Positions 9,781 to 17,950 of a stretch of DNA of 32,000 nucleotides are shown in pieces. The notes beneath the pieces were generated by a model. It was not told where the DNA came from and made no database searches. It worked only from the letters and a program-made list of their open reading frames with translations. A program made the translations under genes and the position numbers. Position 1 is the first letter of the stretch; every line of letters starts with the position of its first letter. The stretch is from the NCBI GenBank assembly GCA_041649575.1, contig JBAZMW010000002.1, positions 60,001-92,000 of the forward strand. The letters are read 5' to 3'. This stretch comes from Patescibacteria group bacterium. GTDB lineage: Bacteria; Patescibacteriota; Patescibacteriia; 2-01-FULL-39-33.

Positions 9781-10845
9781 ATGAAGATTTGTTATTTTGG
9801 TATTTATGATCCTCTTTATTGCCGCAACCAGAATCTGCTTTCCGGGCTAAGGCAAAATGGCGTGGAGATTATCGAGGTTAATGATAATACTCCTTCGCTT
9901 ATAAAATACTGGCGATTAATTAAAAAGCATTGGGCAGTGAGAAATCAATATGACTTGCTGCTGGTTGGTTTCTGCGGCCAGATTGTAATGCCATTGGCCA
10001 AATTATTGTCTCGTAGAAAAATAGTTTTTGATGCCTATATCTCTCTCCATGATGCCAAAATTTTTCAGCAATCACCCCGGCCTAATTTTTTTAAAGCAGG
10101 CTATTATTATTTTTTGGATTGGCTTTCTTGCCGTTTGGCCGATGTGATTTTACTGGACACCAAGGAGCATGTCGAGTATTTTGCCAAAACCTTTCAGCTT
10201 AAGCCGCAAAAGTTTTTAGTGGTTTATGGCGGAGTTGATGATCGGATTTTCTCGCCCTGTTTGTCTCCGGCCGAAAAGAAAAAATTTATCGTTGAGTTTC
10301 ATGCTTATGCCACTTTGCTTCACGGTTTGAAATACATCTTATTGGCGATGAAAGAACTGCAAGACAAGGGGGAAAGTGTAGAATTGTGGTGCGTCGGCGC
10401 TGGGCTCGAATACGACAGGCAGAAGCAATTTGCTCAAATAGAATTAAAACTGGATAATGTCAAATTTATGTCGCCACTTCCACCAGAACGTCTACGGCAG
10501 GAGGTAATCTGTGGCGCTGATGCCGGCCTGGGTATTTTTGGCGAGACCGACAAAGTTGATCGGGTCATTCCCAACAAGCTTTATGAACTAATGGCTTGCA
10601 AGATTCCGGTAGTTAGCGCCGATACGCCGGCGGTGCGCGAGCAATTTGCCGATCATAAACACCTGTTGCTTTGCCCTAAGGCCGATCCCAGAGTTTTGGC
10701 TCAAGCCATTTTGGAGCTGAAAAACAACTCTCAACTGCGAAAGAGTCTGGCCGAAAACGCTTATCAAAAAATAAAAACAGATTTAAATCCCAAAGTCATA
10801 GCCCAGAAATTATTGGCTGATTTGGCTAAACTGAAAACAATATGA
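9781..10845 (+). CDS. Glycosyltransferase family 4
   Basis: C-terminal GPGTF motifs: VVYGGVDDRIF, GAGLEYDRQ, RVIPNKLYELMACKIPVVSADTPAVREQF. Confidence 0.88.
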   Translation: MKICYFGIYDPLYCRNQNLLSGLRQNGVEIIEVNDNTPSLIKYWRLIKKHWAVRNQYDLLLVGFCGQIVMPLAKLLSRRKIVFDAYISLHDAKIFQQSPRPNFFKAGYYYFLDWLSCRLADVILLDTKEHVEYFAKTFQLKPQKFLVVYGGVDDRIFSPCLSPAEKKKFIVEFHAYATLLHGLKYILLAMKELQDKGESVELWCVGAGLEYDRQKQFAQIELKLDNVKFMSPLPPERLRQEVICGADAGLGIFGETDKVDRVIPNKLYELMACKIPVVSADTPAVREQFADHKHLLLCPKADPRVLAQAILELKNNSQLRKSLAENAYQKIKTDLNPKVIAQKLLADLAKLKTI

Positions 10846-11603
10846 AACTCATCGCTTTAATGCGCGTCAAAAATGAAATCGACCTGATTCGCGAGTCGCT
10901 CTCGCGTCTTTCCGAGCTGGCCGACGAGATTATTATTGTCGACAATGGCTCGACCGATGGCACGGAAAGGGTTTATGGCGAATTTCCCAAGGTGATAAAG
11001 ATTTTAGAAACGGTTGGTTTTAACGAGGGTCGTGACAAAATCATGTTGCTCAGTGAAGCCAAAACTAGACATCCCGACTGGTTGATTTTTTTAGACGCTG
11101 ATGAGATTTTTGAAAAGAATTTTACCAGAAGCGATCTGGAAAAATACATGAGTTTAAAATACGATCGGATTAATTTCCGTTTGTGTCATTTTTGGCTAGG
11201 TCGTCGGCAGTGTCGCTGGGGCAAAAAATATTTCCTGTATTCGCTCCAGCCCCTGCGATGCATGTGGCGCAATCAGCCGTCGGTTTATTTTGCCGATAAG
11301 AGAATTCACAATGGTGATATCCAGGGCGATTTTAAAAAAGTTTATTTTTCACCTTACCGGCTCAAACACTTCGGCTTAATTAATCGCGAAAGGATTCTGC
11401 AAAAAGTAAATTTGTATCAGTCGATAGACGATAGTCGCAATTACGACCACCTCAATCCCGACAGAAACGTTTTTACTTTGCCTTTCATTGAGTTTAGCAA
11501 TAAATTTGTCAATTATCTTTTTATCCTCAAGTTGAAATATCTGGAGCATTTCCTGTGGCTCCTGGCCGTTGTTTATTTAAAAATATTTAAACCGCAAAAA
11601 TGA
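10842..11603 (+). CDS. Glycosyltransferase family 2
   Basis: MKLIALMRVKNEIDLIRESL...DEIIIVDNGSTDGT...WLIFLDADEIFE. Confidence 0.88.
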   Translation: MKLIALMRVKNEIDLIRESLSRLSELADEIIIVDNGSTDGTERVYGEFPKVIKILETVGFNEGRDKIMLLSEAKTRHPDWLIFLDADEIFEKNFTRSDLEKYMSLKYDRINFRLCHFWLGRRQCRWGKKYFLYSLQPLRCMWRNQPSVYFADKRIHNGDIQGDFKKVYFSPYRLKHFGLINRERILQKVNLYQSIDDSRNYDHLNPDRNVFTLPFIEFSNKFVNYLFILKLKYLEHFLWLLAVVYLKIFKPQK

Positions 11604-12913
11604 AAATTGCTTTTCTTCATCCGATTTACAAACCCTACACTCGCGGTGGCGCTGAAACCGTGGCGCAAAATATTGTCGAAGGATTAAAGAGGCGCGGTGA
11701 AGATATTTTTGTAATTTCCCTCGGTTATGAGGACAAGGTTGATTATGTCATCCCGACCCCGCCTTTGACGGGGGATGGATCACAAGTCAGCCAAAATAAG
11801 GACGGGATTGCCACGTCACCTTCAGTTCCTCGCAATGACAAAATAAAAGTCTATCGTCTCAAGTCTTTTAATTTGTTTAATTTTTTAGACATCAACAAGA
11901 AGCCCTCTTGGCTACGCCTACCTTGGCATCTGATAGATATGTTTAATTTTATTCAGAGCCGGAAAATCGAAAAAATTCTGCTTCAGGAAAAACCAGATTT
12001 GGTGTTTATGCAAGGCCTCAAGGGTTTGAGTTATTTGTTGCCCAGGAAAATCAAGCAGATGAAGATTAAGCATCTTTACCGTGTTTTTGATATGCAGCTG
12101 ATTCATCCGACCGGCCTGCTGTTTGACCGGGAAAATATAATCAGCGGTTCCTTGGCAAAGATTTACAAATGGTTTTGCCGATGGCTGTTTGATTCGCCCC
12201 AGTTGGTGATTTTTCCTTCGCATTATGTTAAGTCGATTTACGAAAGCAATGGCTTTTTCAAAAATTCGGCGAAAGAGGTCTGGTCTAATCCCGTTGTCAT
12301 TCCCAGCCTCAAGGGGGCGTCCGCCTTGGCTCAGCGAGACAGGTGGGAGTCTCACGGCAGAAAAAATACAGACGGCAAGCTCAACCTTTTGTTTCTCGGC
12401 CAAATAGAAGAATACAAGGGCATTTTTAAGCTAATGGAGGCCCTGGGGGGGCTAGATGGCGATTGGACACTGAATGTCGTGGGTGATGGCAAAGCCTTGT
12501 CAGAGGCCCAAAAAATGGCATTAGAGGCCTTTCCAGAAGGGCCTAAGGGGTTCAAAATTAGGTTTTGGGGTCGCCTTACCCAAAAGGAGCTGGAAGAGCA
12601 AATTTGGCCGATTACCGATCTCCTGGTCAATCCTAGCCAGGTACCGGAGACTTTTGGCCTGGTGGTGGCCGAAGCCCAGGCTCATTGCGTGCCGGTTTTG
12701 GTTTCCGGACGTGGCGCTTTGCCGGAATTGGTGCGGGAGGACGAGACTGGCTGGGTGGTAAAAAACAACGATTGGAGAGAAAAGATAGAATGGTGTTTGG
12801 CCAACCAAGAACGACTAGAAACGATGAGGGAAAAATGCCTAATTGAGGCTCAAAAATACAACCTGGAAAATTATTTGAATAAGCTTATGAAGTTTGGTAA
12901 GATGGGGGAGTAA
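11600..12913 (+). CDS. Glycosyltransferase family 4, carrying at least one apparent in-frame repeat insertion
   Basis: HPIYKPYTRGGAETVAQNIVEGL...LLFLGQIEEYKGIFKLMEAL...NPSQVPETFGLVVAEAQAHCVPVLVSGRGALPELV. Confidence 0.9.
   Translation: MKIAFLHPIYKPYTRGGAETVAQNIVEGLKRRGEDIFVISLGYEDKVDYVIPTPPLTGDGSQVSQNKDGIATSPSVPRNDKIKVYRLKSFNLFNFLDINKKPSWLRLPWHLIDMFNFIQSRKIEKILLQEKPDLVFMQGLKGLSYLLPRKIKQMKIKHLYRVFDMQLIHPTGLLFDRENIISGSLAKIYKWFCRWLFDSPQLVIFPSHYVKSIYESNGFFKNSAKEVWSNPVVIPSLKGASALAQRDRWESHGRKNTDGKLNLLFLGQIEEYKGIFKLMEALGGLDGDWTLNVVGDGKALSEAQKMALEAFPEGPKGFKIRFWGRLTQKELEEQIWPITDLLVNPSQVPETFGLVVAEAQAHCVPVLVSGRGALPELVREDETGWVVKNNDWREKIEWCLANQERLETMREKCLIEAQKYNLENYLNKLMKFGKMGE
11747..11839 (+). repeat. 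Interspersed-repeat-like insertion inside the GT4 coding sequence
   Basis: Bounded by GTCATCCCGAC ... CTCGCAATGAC (reverse complement GTCATTGCGAG); 93 nt = 31 codons, starting on a codon boundary; encodes VIPTPPLTGDGSQVSQNKDGIATSPSVPRND. Confidence 0.7.
12296..12366 (+). repeat. Second candidate repeat-derived insertion in the same GT4 gene
   Basis: Starts GTCATTCCC in the same codon phase as the 11747 element; encodes VIPSLKGASALAQRDRWESHGRKN between the GT-B linker and the LLFLGQ strand. Right boundary uncertain. Confidence 0.4.
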
Positions 12914-13010
12914 TTTACTTTTTCATATCTCAAGAAAAGAAAAAGCTAACAAAAAGAAAAGTCGCGAGCTATTTGAAAATTCAGACAAAATTCATCATAA
13001 TTGTCGCTAA

Positions 13011-13072
13011 GGTCATTAACTCGCCCGCCATGGGCGGGCTCGAACAGAATGACCTTTCCGCCAAAGGCGGAA
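13011..13072. repeat. Nested palindromic element (two hairpins)
   Basis: GGTCATT...GCCCGCC-atg-GGCGGGC...AATGACC followed by TTCCGCC-aaa-GGCGGAA. Confidence 0.65.
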
Positions 13073-13143
13073 CGCTCCAATTATTAGATTTTGTAGCTGA
13101 ATTTTCAAGTGCTCGCCAGGATAGAGTTTTTAATAATATATAT

Positions 13144-13848
13144 ATGACTAGAAATTTTACCTGCCCATATTGTAATAGGCCTACAACCATTACGGATCCC
13201 AATTATTTCGAACATTTTGTTGTAATTAAAATCAAAGAATCTAATATGGGAGACGTCGGGCTAAAGATTATTGCCATAACTTGTCCTAATATTGACTGTA
13301 ACAAGCTTTTTCTAAAAGTTGATTTAAGTGAAGCTGTACATGAATATGCGGATGTGTATGGTGTGGGAGAAATTTTAGAAAATTGGCGGTTATTGCCAGA
13401 ATCAGAAGCGAGGACATTGCCTGACTATATCCCAGAGGCCATACGTAAAGATTATTATGAGGCGTGCCGCATTCGTGATTTAAGCTCAAAGGCATCAGCT
13501 ACGCTTGCCCGCCGTTGTCTACAGGGAATGATTCGTAATTATTGGGCGATAAAAAGAGAAAGACTTCAAGACGAAATTAACGACCTAGAAGATAAAGTTG
13601 ACCTGGACACATGGACCAGTATTAATGCCGTACGCAGTGTTGGAAATATTGGCGCTCATATGGAAAGAGACATTAATATTATAGTTGATGTTGAGCCTGG
13701 AGAAGCACAATTGTTAATAGGATTAATTGAACAGTTAATAGATGACTGGTATGTGGTACGCGAAAATAGACGCAAACGTACTGAAGAATTAAAAAATCTT
13801 GTTTTTAGCAAAGAAAAACAAAAGAACGTCAGCACCGAAAACGATTAG
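13144..13848 (+). CDS. DUF4145-like protein with N-terminal zinc-ribbon-like motif
   Basis: MTRNFTCPYCNRPTTITD...CPNIDCNKLF...LPESEARTLPDYIPEAIRKDYYEAC...SVRNIGAHM-type C-terminus. The ORF track start (12973) extends through a palindromic repeat, so Met58 at 13144 is the more likely start. Confidence 0.65.
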   Translation: MTRNFTCPYCNRPTTITDPNYFEHFVVIKIKESNMGDVGLKIIAITCPNIDCNKLFLKVDLSEAVHEYADVYGVGEILENWRLLPESEARTLPDYIPEAIRKDYYEACRIRDLSSKASATLARRCLQGMIRNYWAIKRERLQDEINDLEDKVDLDTWTSINAVRSVGNIGAHMERDINIIVDVEPGEAQLLIGLIEQLIDDWYVVRENRRKRTEELKNLVFSKEKQKNVSTEND

Positions 13849-13858
13849 AAACAAAAAT

Positions 13859-14902
13859 ATGGAATATTTTTTAATTATTTTAGTTCTCATCCTGCTGGCC
13901 GTTATCATTGCCATGTTTTTTGTATTTAGTAAAAAATTTACCGAGCTCGGCCAAAGCAAAAAAGACGACCAGTCATTCTTAATGTTGCAAGAAAGGATAA
14001 AAGAACTGAATCAAACGGTTGACTTTAAATTGTCCGAGTCTAACAAAAATATTCAAAGCCAATTTAATCAAAGCGTTGGCATTGTACGAAATATTACAGA
14101 GAGAATTGTCCAACTGCAGGAGACTAACAAACAAGTAATGGGGTTTTCCGAGCAACTCAAAAATTTGGAAAAGGTTTTGACCAGTCAAAAACAGCGTGGC
14201 AACCTTGGTGAGGCCGGTTTGCAGCTGGTTTTAGAAAATATTCTTCCGCCTAATGCTTTCAAACTACAATATAGGTTTGATGACGGCGACACGGTTGATG
14301 CCGCGATTTTTACCAAAGACGGCATTATTCCCGTTGACGCCAAATTTTCTCTGGAAAATTACAACCGCATTGTCGGCGAGGTCAACGAAGAACGGCGAAT
14401 GGCGTATGAAAAAGAATTTAAAAACGATCTCAAAAAGCGGATTGATGAAACCGCCAAATACATCAAGCCAAGCAAGGGCACCATGGACTTCGCTTTCATG
14501 TTTATTCCGGCCGAAGCGATTTATTATGACTTGTTGGTTAATGAAGTGGGCGCGGTCAAAGTAGATACCGGCGGCTTGATCGATTATGCTTTCAAACAGA
14601 AAAAAGTGATCATTGTTTCACCCACCACCTTTGCCGCTTATCTGCAGACGGTTTTACAGGGGCTGCGCGCTCTAAAAATTGAGGAGCAGACCAAGGAAAT
14701 TATCAAACGGGTGGAGATGCTTCAGCGTCACTTGGTTAGTTATGACGACAGTTTTAAAAAATTGGGAAATAATTTGGCCACTACTGTTAATGCTTATAAC
14801 ACAGCAGACAAGGAGTTAAAGAAAATAGATAAGGATGTTATAAAAATTACCGGCGCGGAAAGCGAGATTGAAAATTTACAGATTGAAAAACCGAAAGTTT
14901 AA
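13859..14902 (+). CDS. rmuC: DNA recombination protein RmuC family
   Basis: N-terminal TM, coiled coil, then GNLGEAGLQLVLENILPPNAFKLQYRFDDGDTVDAAIFTKDGIIPVDAKFSLENYNRI. Start chosen at internal Met (13859), after the previous CDS. Confidence 0.87.
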   Translation: MEYFLIILVLILLAVIIAMFFVFSKKFTELGQSKKDDQSFLMLQERIKELNQTVDFKLSESNKNIQSQFNQSVGIVRNITERIVQLQETNKQVMGFSEQLKNLEKVLTSQKQRGNLGEAGLQLVLENILPPNAFKLQYRFDDGDTVDAAIFTKDGIIPVDAKFSLENYNRIVGEVNEERRMAYEKEFKNDLKKRIDETAKYIKPSKGTMDFAFMFIPAEAIYYDLLVNEVGAVKVDTGGLIDYAFKQKKVIIVSPTTFAAYLQTVLQGLRALKIEEQTKEIIKRVEMLQRHLVSYDDSFKKLGNNLATTVNAYNTADKELKKIDKDVIKITGAESEIENLQIEKPKV

Positions 14903-14940
14903 ATATTTTGGATGAACATTCAGCGAGGGAGGGTTGGGCC

Positions 14941-15102
14941 ATGTTTGATTTTGGAATGCTGGCGGCAGTGAAGAAGCACTTGTTTTCTCTGTTGGCTAAT
15001 ATGCCTACGCGGCAATGTTTAGCTTGTCACGGGGTGTTCGCGCAACAGAAGGATGGCAAGTGCCCGCTTTGTGGATCAAACGAGGTAATCCCGTCGTGGT
15101 AG
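14941..15102 (+). CDS. Small zinc-ribbon protein (hypothetical)
   Basis: CLACHGVFAQQKDGKCPLCGSNEV (CxxC-CxxC); GGGAGGG SD-like sequence before ATG 14941. The ORF track gives the longer start at 14908. Confidence 0.5.
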   Translation: MFDFGMLAAVKKHLFSLLANMPTRQCLACHGVFAQQKDGKCPLCGSNEVIPSW

Positions 15103-15143
15103 CTCATTGGCGCACTTGAAGATCAGCAAAGGAGGTTATAGGC

Positions 15144-15416
15144 ATGGATGAAGGAAACCGTGAGAAGGTTGATCGTTATTTCGGAACCGGTGATCGTAGT
15201 GTGGAGTGCCTGAACTGCAAGACCGTTTTCACTCTACACAGCAACCAGCCGGCCGGAAGTTGGTGCCCGGCATGCGAACCGCAGCGATCGGCGGCCGCGC
15301 GAGCCAGGGTAGAAGCTCTCTACAGGAAGATGGAGTTAGACGCACTGAGAAATCGGCAACGCTGCTCTGACTTGTGGGATATCGCTTGGACCAATCGCCA
15401 AATAGCTGCGATTTAG
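15144..15416 (+). CDS. Small zinc-ribbon protein (hypothetical)
   Basis: CLNCKTVF...WCPAC; canonical AAAGGAGG SD upstream of ATG 15144; GC-richer than neighbours. Confidence 0.6.
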   Translation: MDEGNREKVDRYFGTGDRSVECLNCKTVFTLHSNQPAGSWCPACEPQRSAAARARVEALYRKMELDALRNRQRCSDLWDIAWTNRQIAAI

Positions 15417-15443
15417 CCTGGAGTATCGGCTCCGGCACGAACT

Positions 15444-15468
15444 CAGGGAAAGCCGCGCGCTTTCCCTG
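15444..15468 (+). terminator. Hairpin downstream of zinc-ribbon gene (possible terminator)
   Basis: CAGGGAAAG-ccgcgcg-CTTTCCCTG, 9-bp stem; no clear T-tract. Confidence 0.5.
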
Positions 15469-15497
15469 TTCATCTAAGATATTTAAGTAAACAATTT

Positions 15498-15650
15498 ATG
15501 CCTGACAAAAAGCCCGGCGTCGGTTTCGGCGTCATGATTTTGAGAAACGGTCAGGTGCTTTTAGGTAAAAGGCACGATGACCCGGAGAAGGCCTCTAGTT
15601 TGCTGCACGGCGAAGGCAGCTGGGCTATGTCTGGCGGTAATAAGAAATAA
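15498..15650 (+). pseudogene. Truncated NUDIX hydrolase N-terminus
   Basis: 50-aa ORF MPDKKPGVGFGVMILRNGQVLLGKRHDDPEKASSLLHGEGSWAMSGGNKK*, matching the NUDIX N-terminus but stopping where the Nudix box should begin. Confidence 0.7.
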
Positions 15651-15673
15651 AATACCATTTTAATTGCTAAAGT

Positions 15674-16411
15674 ATGCCTAAAATCGGAATCATCGGCGGC
15701 TCGGGGCTGGATGACCCGCAGATACTGAGTGAGCCGCAAGAGAAAGAAGTAAAAAATAAATACGGCCAGTTGGCCTCACCTCTAACTGTCGGCAAAATTG
15801 CCGGAGTCGAGGTAGTGATTTTGGCGCGTCATGGCAAGAACCACGGCGTGCCCCCGACTCTTATTAATTTTTTGGCCAACATTTTGGCCTTAAAAGAGGA
15901 GGGTTGCACACACATTTTGGCGACCACGGCCGTCGGTTCGCTCCGAGAAGAAATCAAGCCGGGCAACCTGGTTTTTCCGGATCAGTTCATTGATTTTACG
16001 CGTCATAGAAATTTGACTTTTTTTACCGATAGTGTGGTGCATACTTCCATGGCCGATCCGTACGACCAAAATTTGCGCGACTTGCTCTGTCGGACTTGCG
16101 ACGAGCTGGGCTATGCTTATAATCGCGATAAGACAGTTATTACTATTGAGGGGCCTAGGTTTTCTACCAAGGCCGAGAGCCACATGTTTCGAGGTTGGGG
16201 CGCCGATATTATCAACATGTCTACTTGTCCAGAAGTAATTTTGGCTAATGAGTTGAAGATTCCGTATCAGACTATAGCCATGTCTACCGATTATGACACT
16301 TGGCGCGAAGGCGATGACCACGTCACCTGGGAAATGATTTTGAAAATCATGAACGAAAATGCAGAGAAAGTGAAGCAGCTGCTTATTAATGTGATTCCAA
16401 AGATAAAATGA
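15674..16411 (+). CDS. mtnP: S-methyl-5'-thioadenosine phosphorylase (PNP/MTAP family)
   Basis: IGIIGGSGLDD, LARHGKNHGVPPTLINF, TEAHMFR-like 'FSTKAESHMFRGWGADIINMSTCPEVILANEL'. Confidence 0.9.
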   Translation: MPKIGIIGGSGLDDPQILSEPQEKEVKNKYGQLASPLTVGKIAGVEVVILARHGKNHGVPPTLINFLANILALKEEGCTHILATTAVGSLREEIKPGNLVFPDQFIDFTRHRNLTFFTDSVVHTSMADPYDQNLRDLLCRTCDELGYAYNRDKTVITIEGPRFSTKAESHMFRGWGADIINMSTCPEVILANELKIPYQTIAMSTDYDTWREGDDHVTWEMILKIMNENAEKVKQLLINVIPKIK

Positions 16412-16860
16412 ACGAACAATTCAAAAATGCTTTAAAAATGGTTGCCAAAACTCTGAATGAATCAGGTGTTGACTGGGTCATCTGTGGTAGCACTAATTTT
16501 TATTTGCAGGGCATGGATGTGAGTCCCAGAGATATAGATGTTTGTATTAAACATGGCGACTTTTCTAGAGTGCTAGAGCTGTTTTCTGATTTCGAGTTTA
16601 GCGAAGCAACGGATCTTTCCAATGGAGAAGGTCAGGAGCGGAGATTTTATATAAATGATGTTGAAGTTCAGATTTGCGCTGATTATGATTTTGGTTTTTA
16701 CTACCGGCAAATGAGCGACCCACAAAATATTGTTAAATTGGATTTCGAGGGCGTCGAAATTCCCGGGTTAAAATTAGAGTCAGAATTGCTGTGCTATAAA
16801 CATTTGGGAAGAGCAGATAAGGCTGATAAGATAGTGGAGTTTATTAAGAATAAATTATAA
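16408..16860 (+). CDS. Nucleotidyltransferase-superfamily-like protein
   Basis: WVICGSTNFYLQGMDVSPRDIDVCIK (G-S...DID pattern), overlapping the mtnP stop (ATGA). Confidence 0.6.
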   Translation: MNEQFKNALKMVAKTLNESGVDWVICGSTNFYLQGMDVSPRDIDVCIKHGDFSRVLELFSDFEFSEATDLSNGEGQERRFYINDVEVQICADYDFGFYYRQMSDPQNIVKLDFEGVEIPGLKLESELLCYKHLGRADKADKIVEFIKNKL

Positions 16861-16878
16861 AACTGAAAATAAAAATTT

Positions 16879-17406
16879 ATGCCCATCAAATCTCGTATCC
16901 GCACAGTGCCAGACTGGCCCAAAAAAGGCGTTATGTTTCGCGATATCACCACTTTAATCAAAGATCCGGTGGGTCTGAAATTATGTATTGACGATTTTGT
17001 CGCTCGTTACCAGGGTAAAGAGGTTGATGCGATTGTCGGCATCGACAGCCGCGGGTTTATTTTGGGCGGCGCCTTGGCTTATCTTTTGGGTAAGGGGTTT
17101 GTGCCAGTTAGAAAAAAAGGTAAGTTGCCGGCCGAAGTTGAGAGCGAGGAATACGCGCTGGAGTATGGCACCGATACAATTGAGATCCACAAAGATGCGA
17201 TTGAGGCGGGACAAAAAGTGGTGATTATTGATGATTTATGTGCTACCGGTGGCACTGCTTTGGCCGCCTCCAAACTGGTAAAAAAACTCGGCGGTGAAAT
17301 CGTGGAAATGGCTTTTGTGGTTGATTTGCCGGATTTGGGCGGCAGTAAAAAGTTGCGCCAGGCCGGCCTGGCGGTCTATACTCAGACAAATTTCGAGGGA
17401 GAATAA
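16879..17406 (+). CDS. apt: Adenine phosphoribosyltransferase
   Basis: IRTVPDWPKKGVMFRDITTLIKDP, VDAIVGIDSRGFILGGALA, KVVIIDDLCATGGTALAA. Confidence 0.93.
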   Translation: MPIKSRIRTVPDWPKKGVMFRDITTLIKDPVGLKLCIDDFVARYQGKEVDAIVGIDSRGFILGGALAYLLGKGFVPVRKKGKLPAEVESEEYALEYGTDTIEIHKDAIEAGQKVVIIDDLCATGGTALAASKLVKKLGGEIVEMAFVVDLPDLGGSKKLRQAGLAVYTQTNFEGE

Positions 17407-17414
17407 AAAGAACA

Positions 17415-17440
17415 GGCCGTCTCTCTCTCGAGAGACCGCC
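17415..17440 (-). terminator. Terminator hairpin for the minus-strand gene 17483-17878
   Basis: GGCCGTCTCTC-tctc-GAGAGACCGCC (one mismatch) with AAAAAG on the + strand (T-tract on minus). Confidence 0.6.
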
Positions 17441-17482
17441 TGGTGGTAAGGTGCGCGTTGTCTGCGGCTACCGTTGCTCCGG

Positions 17483-17878
17483 TCATTTCTCCGGCGGCTG
17501 CTGCAGTTCTTGTAGCCTTTCAATCGTAGTCGCGGTGGCTTCGGCCTTTGTCCGGGTATTACGTAGCACTTCGTCGAGCACTCTGACCAGAATGCCGAAC
17601 CGTGGATTGGTCGGGTCTTTGGCAAACTCCTTCAGGAAGCGGGCTGCCATCTGTTCTCCGGATTCGTCATACACCTGGTCCAGCAAAGCGCCGCAACACT
17701 CGTCGACTATTAGCCGGCCGAGGAATACTGAAAGTCGGCGTCCATTCTCGCTGACATCGAGCTTGGGATAGCTGGTGCCGCATGCCTCACAGGTGACTGC
17801 CCTGGTCGTACTCGTGCTTGCATTGCACCAAGCACGGACGCTGGGACCTGCCGGTCTATCAAGGAGCGGTTTTGCCAT
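17483..17878 (-). CDS. Hypothetical protein with CxxC motif
   Basis: 131 aa, CEACGTSYPKLDV...CCGALL; upstream GAAAGGAAACGACC-ATG; own terminator; GC-rich codon usage. Confidence 0.55.
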   Translation of the reverse strand: MAKPLLDRPAGPSVRAWCNASTSTTRAVTCEACGTSYPKLDVSENGRRLSVFLGRLIVDECCGALLDQVYDESGEQMAARFLKEFAKDPTNPRFGILVRVLDEVLRNTRTKAEATATTIERLQELQQPPEK

Positions 17879-17950
17879 GGTCGTTTCCTTTCGGTTATTG
17901 TCCTAGCATTTATCGCCCGCAGCTTACCAAAAGTTTTGTTAATTTGTCAA

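Noticed and set aside
11918-12808. Minus-strand ORFs of 161, 92 and 95 aa opposite the GT4 gene
   Set aside because: Shadow ORFs against a well-supported coding sequence.
12973-13143. N-terminal 57-residue extension of the DUF4145-like ORF
   Set aside because: It translates a palindromic intergenic repeat; Met at 13144 begins the plausible domain (MTRNFTCPYCNRP).
15890-16321. Minus-strand 143-aa ORF
   Set aside because: Antisense to mtnP, no recognisable domain.
17451-17771. + strand 106-aa ORF (Ser/Val-rich)
   Set aside because: Shadow of the minus-strand CxxC gene, which has SD and terminator on its own strand.
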